Source: an uncultured delta proteobacterium
Lineage (GTDB): Bacteria > Desulfobacterota > Syntrophorhabdia > Syntrophorhabdales > WCHB1-27
DNA: 64,000 nucleotides
Assembly: GCA_963810935.1 (NCBI GenBank)
Contig: CAWEPK010000005.1
Span: 288,001-352,000 of the forward strand
Direction of reading: 5' to 3'
Positions 61,755 through 64,000 of this stretch are shown here, in pieces. Position 1 is the first letter of the stretch, and every line of letters begins with the position of its first letter. The position numbers and the translations under genes are program-made. Below the pieces are notes generated by a model, which was not told the DNA's origin, ran no database searches, and saw only the letters and a program-made list of their open reading frames with translations.

Positions 61755-63077
61755 GTGATTACGAACCGTATCATCGATATGCACCTTCACGTAGGCCACA
61801 GGTTCGAATGGACCGAGAGGGCGCAGGCCGTCTGGATGGACATAGGGCCTTACGTGCCGAGGCTTTTCGACGCAGAGCAAAGGCAGGTGCCGCAAGCCTA
61901 CGGCGACGTAATAAAAGAAGAGGCCTGGGCGGGTATACTGCTGCCCGAATATTCGCCGCAAACCGCCGGGCTCATGCCTATCGAGCGGGCCGCAGAGATA
62001 AACCTTTACCACCCCGAGCTTGTTCCCCTGGCCTTCCTGAACCCCAACCTCCACAGCGACTTGATGGCTGCCTTCGACGAGCAGATAGCCTTGGGGGCAA
62101 GGGGCCTCAAGGTCCACCCCATCCACGGGTTCTTTTACGCGAACGACGAGCGCCTCTACCCGGTTTACGAGCGCTGCCGGAAAGAGGGCCTCGTAGTCAT
62201 GTTCCATGCAGGCACCAGCCTTTTCACAGGCTGCAAGATGCGCTATGCAGATCCGTATACCTTCGACGACGTCATAAACGATTTCCCCGACCTCAAAATC
62301 GTGCTATGCCACGGCGGCAGGGCATTCTGGTTCCACATAGCGGAATTCCTGGCAAAGAAGTTCGAGAACGTCTATATCGACGTCTCCGGCCTTCCGCCGG
62401 GTAAGCTCCTCGAATATTTCCCATCTATGCGCAAGTTCAGCTCCAAGTTCCTTTTCGGCTCCGATTTCCCCGGCGTCCCCGGCATAAGGAAGAATTACGA
62501 TATCCTCGCCTCGCTCATCGCAGACGAGGAAGCGATGCACAACATCGGCTTCAGGAACGCCTACGACCTTTTCGGTTTCTGGAAGGAGGGGATGTTCGAG
62601 GTCCGGGACGAAGACGAGATATTCGGGGTGGTCAACGCAGCGGCTGAAAAGTACAGGGGCGTCATACCGGACGACAGGTGGCACGAGCCGTACATGCCGA
62701 TGGAAGAGGTGCGGGAAGAAATGAAGCGTATGCGCTTCTACGGCGTCCGGAAGGATATGGAGGCACTCGGCGTGATGGCCAGGGAGCGTGTGAAGGACGT
62801 CACGCTCATACGCCATGCGTACGTGGCGCCGGCCGCTCAGAGGAAGGGCATCGGCGCAAAACTGCTCGACCTCATCGAGAGGCAGGTCGATACGGAAGTG
62901 TTGCTGGTCGGCACGTGGCAGGCCGCATGGTGGGCGATAGATTTTTACCGCAGCCACGGATACGAGCTGCGGCCGGATAAAGAGGAGCTATTGAAGCGGT
63001 ACTGGGACATACCCGACCGCCAGATAGAAACCTCCGTCGTCCTCGGAAAGAGATTGAAGGCTAGTACGCGGCGGTAG
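61755..63077 (+). CDS. Amidohydrolase_2 domain fused to GNAT acetyltransferase
   Basis: IDMHLH, GLKVHP, FHAG, LCHGG, FGSDFP; then LIRHAYV..QRKGIGAKLL, AIDFY..GY. Confidence 0.85.
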   Translation: MITNRIIDMHLHVGHRFEWTERAQAVWMDIGPYVPRLFDAEQRQVPQAYGDVIKEEAWAGILLPEYSPQTAGLMPIERAAEINLYHPELVPLAFLNPNLHSDLMAAFDEQIALGARGLKVHPIHGFFYANDERLYPVYERCRKEGLVVMFHAGTSLFTGCKMRYADPYTFDDVINDFPDLKIVLCHGGRAFWFHIAEFLAKKFENVYIDVSGLPPGKLLEYFPSMRKFSSKFLFGSDFPGVPGIRKNYDILASLIADEEAMHNIGFRNAYDLFGFWKEGMFEVRDEDEIFGVVNAAAEKYRGVIPDDRWHEPYMPMEEVREEMKRMRFYGVRKDMEALGVMARERVKDVTLIRHAYVAPAAQRKGIGAKLLDLIERQVDTEVLLVGTWQAAWWAIDFYRSHGYELRPDKEELLKRYWDIPDRQIETSVVLGKRLKASTRR

Positions 63078-64000
63078 GGAGAAGCTCAAGACCGGCGCGG
63101 ACAACCTCTTCGGGCGGGACATCGAGGCATTCGAGGCCTGACGGGCAGGTAAAAGCGTAACACGGACTGCACGGCACGGCCCTTCTCAGCAGCCTGTGGG
63201 GCGCGTTGCGCGGACGCCACTGCGATTCAAGCTCCGTGCCTGAGTAAAGGACGACCGAGGGCGTTCCGCAGGCGTCCGCAATGTGCATCGTCGAGGTATT
63301 GTTCGTCAGCAACAGGGTCGCGCCTTCGACCAGGCGTGCAAGCTCGCCAACCGTCGTCATCCCGGAAACGTTGACTGCCCGGTAGCCGACGGCTTGTGCG
63401 ATCCTCGCCGCCCGCTCCTTTTCCCCTTCCGTCCCCGTCACGACAGGACGCAGGCCCGTCGCCTCGGCAAGCCCGGATGCCGCCCTGACGAGACGTCCCA
63501 TCGGGTACGTCCGCGCAGTTGCGCTCGCGAACGGGTTCACGAGAAGGTAAGGCTCGCCGGCTGTAAACCCGGAGCTGCACAATAGCCGCTCCACCGCAGC
63601 TTTAGCGCATCCGGCCGTCTGAATCGAAAGGTCACGGCTCTGGATGCGAAAACCTACCGCCTCGATAAGCTCAATGTTCCTGTCGACCTGGTGCAGGTAG
63701 TCGGGCGGGGACGGGGCTGCGGCCGTCAGTACGCCGGGGGCAGTCTCCTTTGAAGAGCCGAGGCGAAGGGGGATGCCTGCCAGCAGGCAGGCCAGCCCTG
63801 CCGGATGGGGGGACTGGCTGAAGCTCGTGAAAATGATGGCGCCGTCGAACCTGCCTGCTTCTAGCGACTTTATCAGGTTCCATTCCCGCGCCGGGTCGAA
63901 GGGGAGACGCCCGAGGTCCTGCCACACAACGCGCCGGACAAGGATGTCGTCGATCCAGGGCAGGAGGGCGGCGGCGCCTGCGCCTGCCGGGCTCACCATC
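63061..64000 (-). CDS. Glycosyltransferase family 9 (heptosyltransferase-like), 5' end outside window
   Basis: FTSFSQS, TNNTSTMHIADA..TPSVVL, WRP, VPCSPCY..CP..CL. Confidence 0.88.
   Translation of the reverse strand, partial: MVSPAGAGAAALLPWIDDILVRRVVWQDLGRLPFDPAREWNLIKSLEAGRFDGAIIFTSFSQSPHPAGLACLLAGIPLRLGSSKETAPGVLTAAAPSPPDYLHQVDRNIELIEAVGFRIQSRDLSIQTAGCAKAAVERLLCSSGFTAGEPYLLVNPFASATARTYPMGRLVRAASGLAEATGLRPVVTGTEGEKERAARIAQAVGYRAVNVSGMTTVGELARLVEGATLLLTNNTSTMHIADACGTPSVVLYSGTELESQWRPRNAPHRLLRRAVPCSPCYAFTCPSGLECLDVPPEEVVRAGLELLPTAAY

Overview
GC-rich bacterial chromosome segment, probably from an anaerobic deltaproteobacterium (Syntrophorhabdales-like; inferred from gene content and style only). 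It is mostly core genome: a minus-strand run queA-tgt-yajC-rpsF-ssb/priB-rpsR-rplI-dnaB-pgsA-gap-pgk-tpiA-secG-tRNA-Leu; tRNA-Gly and tRNA-Gln; the str/S10/spc/alpha ribosomal superoperon (lacking rplC and adk); phoH-HD-ybeY-lnt; hrcA-grpE-dnaJ (no dnaK); a TetR-TolC-HlyD-MFS efflux operon; resB/ccsA; a poly-gamma-glutamate pgsBCW locus with a convergent secreted hydrolase; and an amidohydrolase-GNAT fusion. Main observations: (1) A 77-bp three-hairpin element with strand-specific G-U pairing is inserted twice (plus a partial third copy) between genes of the ribosomal superoperon. One copy lies between 56-bp direct repeats of the infA 3' end, and the element's own ATG frame either couples to or fuses with the downstream r-protein gene. 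(2) Six of seven apparent single-base frameshifts, several in essential genes, can be repaired by restoring the same SAGCTS site, which suggests base-calling errors at a modified DNA motif rather than real pseudogenes. (3) L3 (rplC) is cleanly absent from the S10 operon. No CRISPR, rRNA, transposase or prophage was seen.
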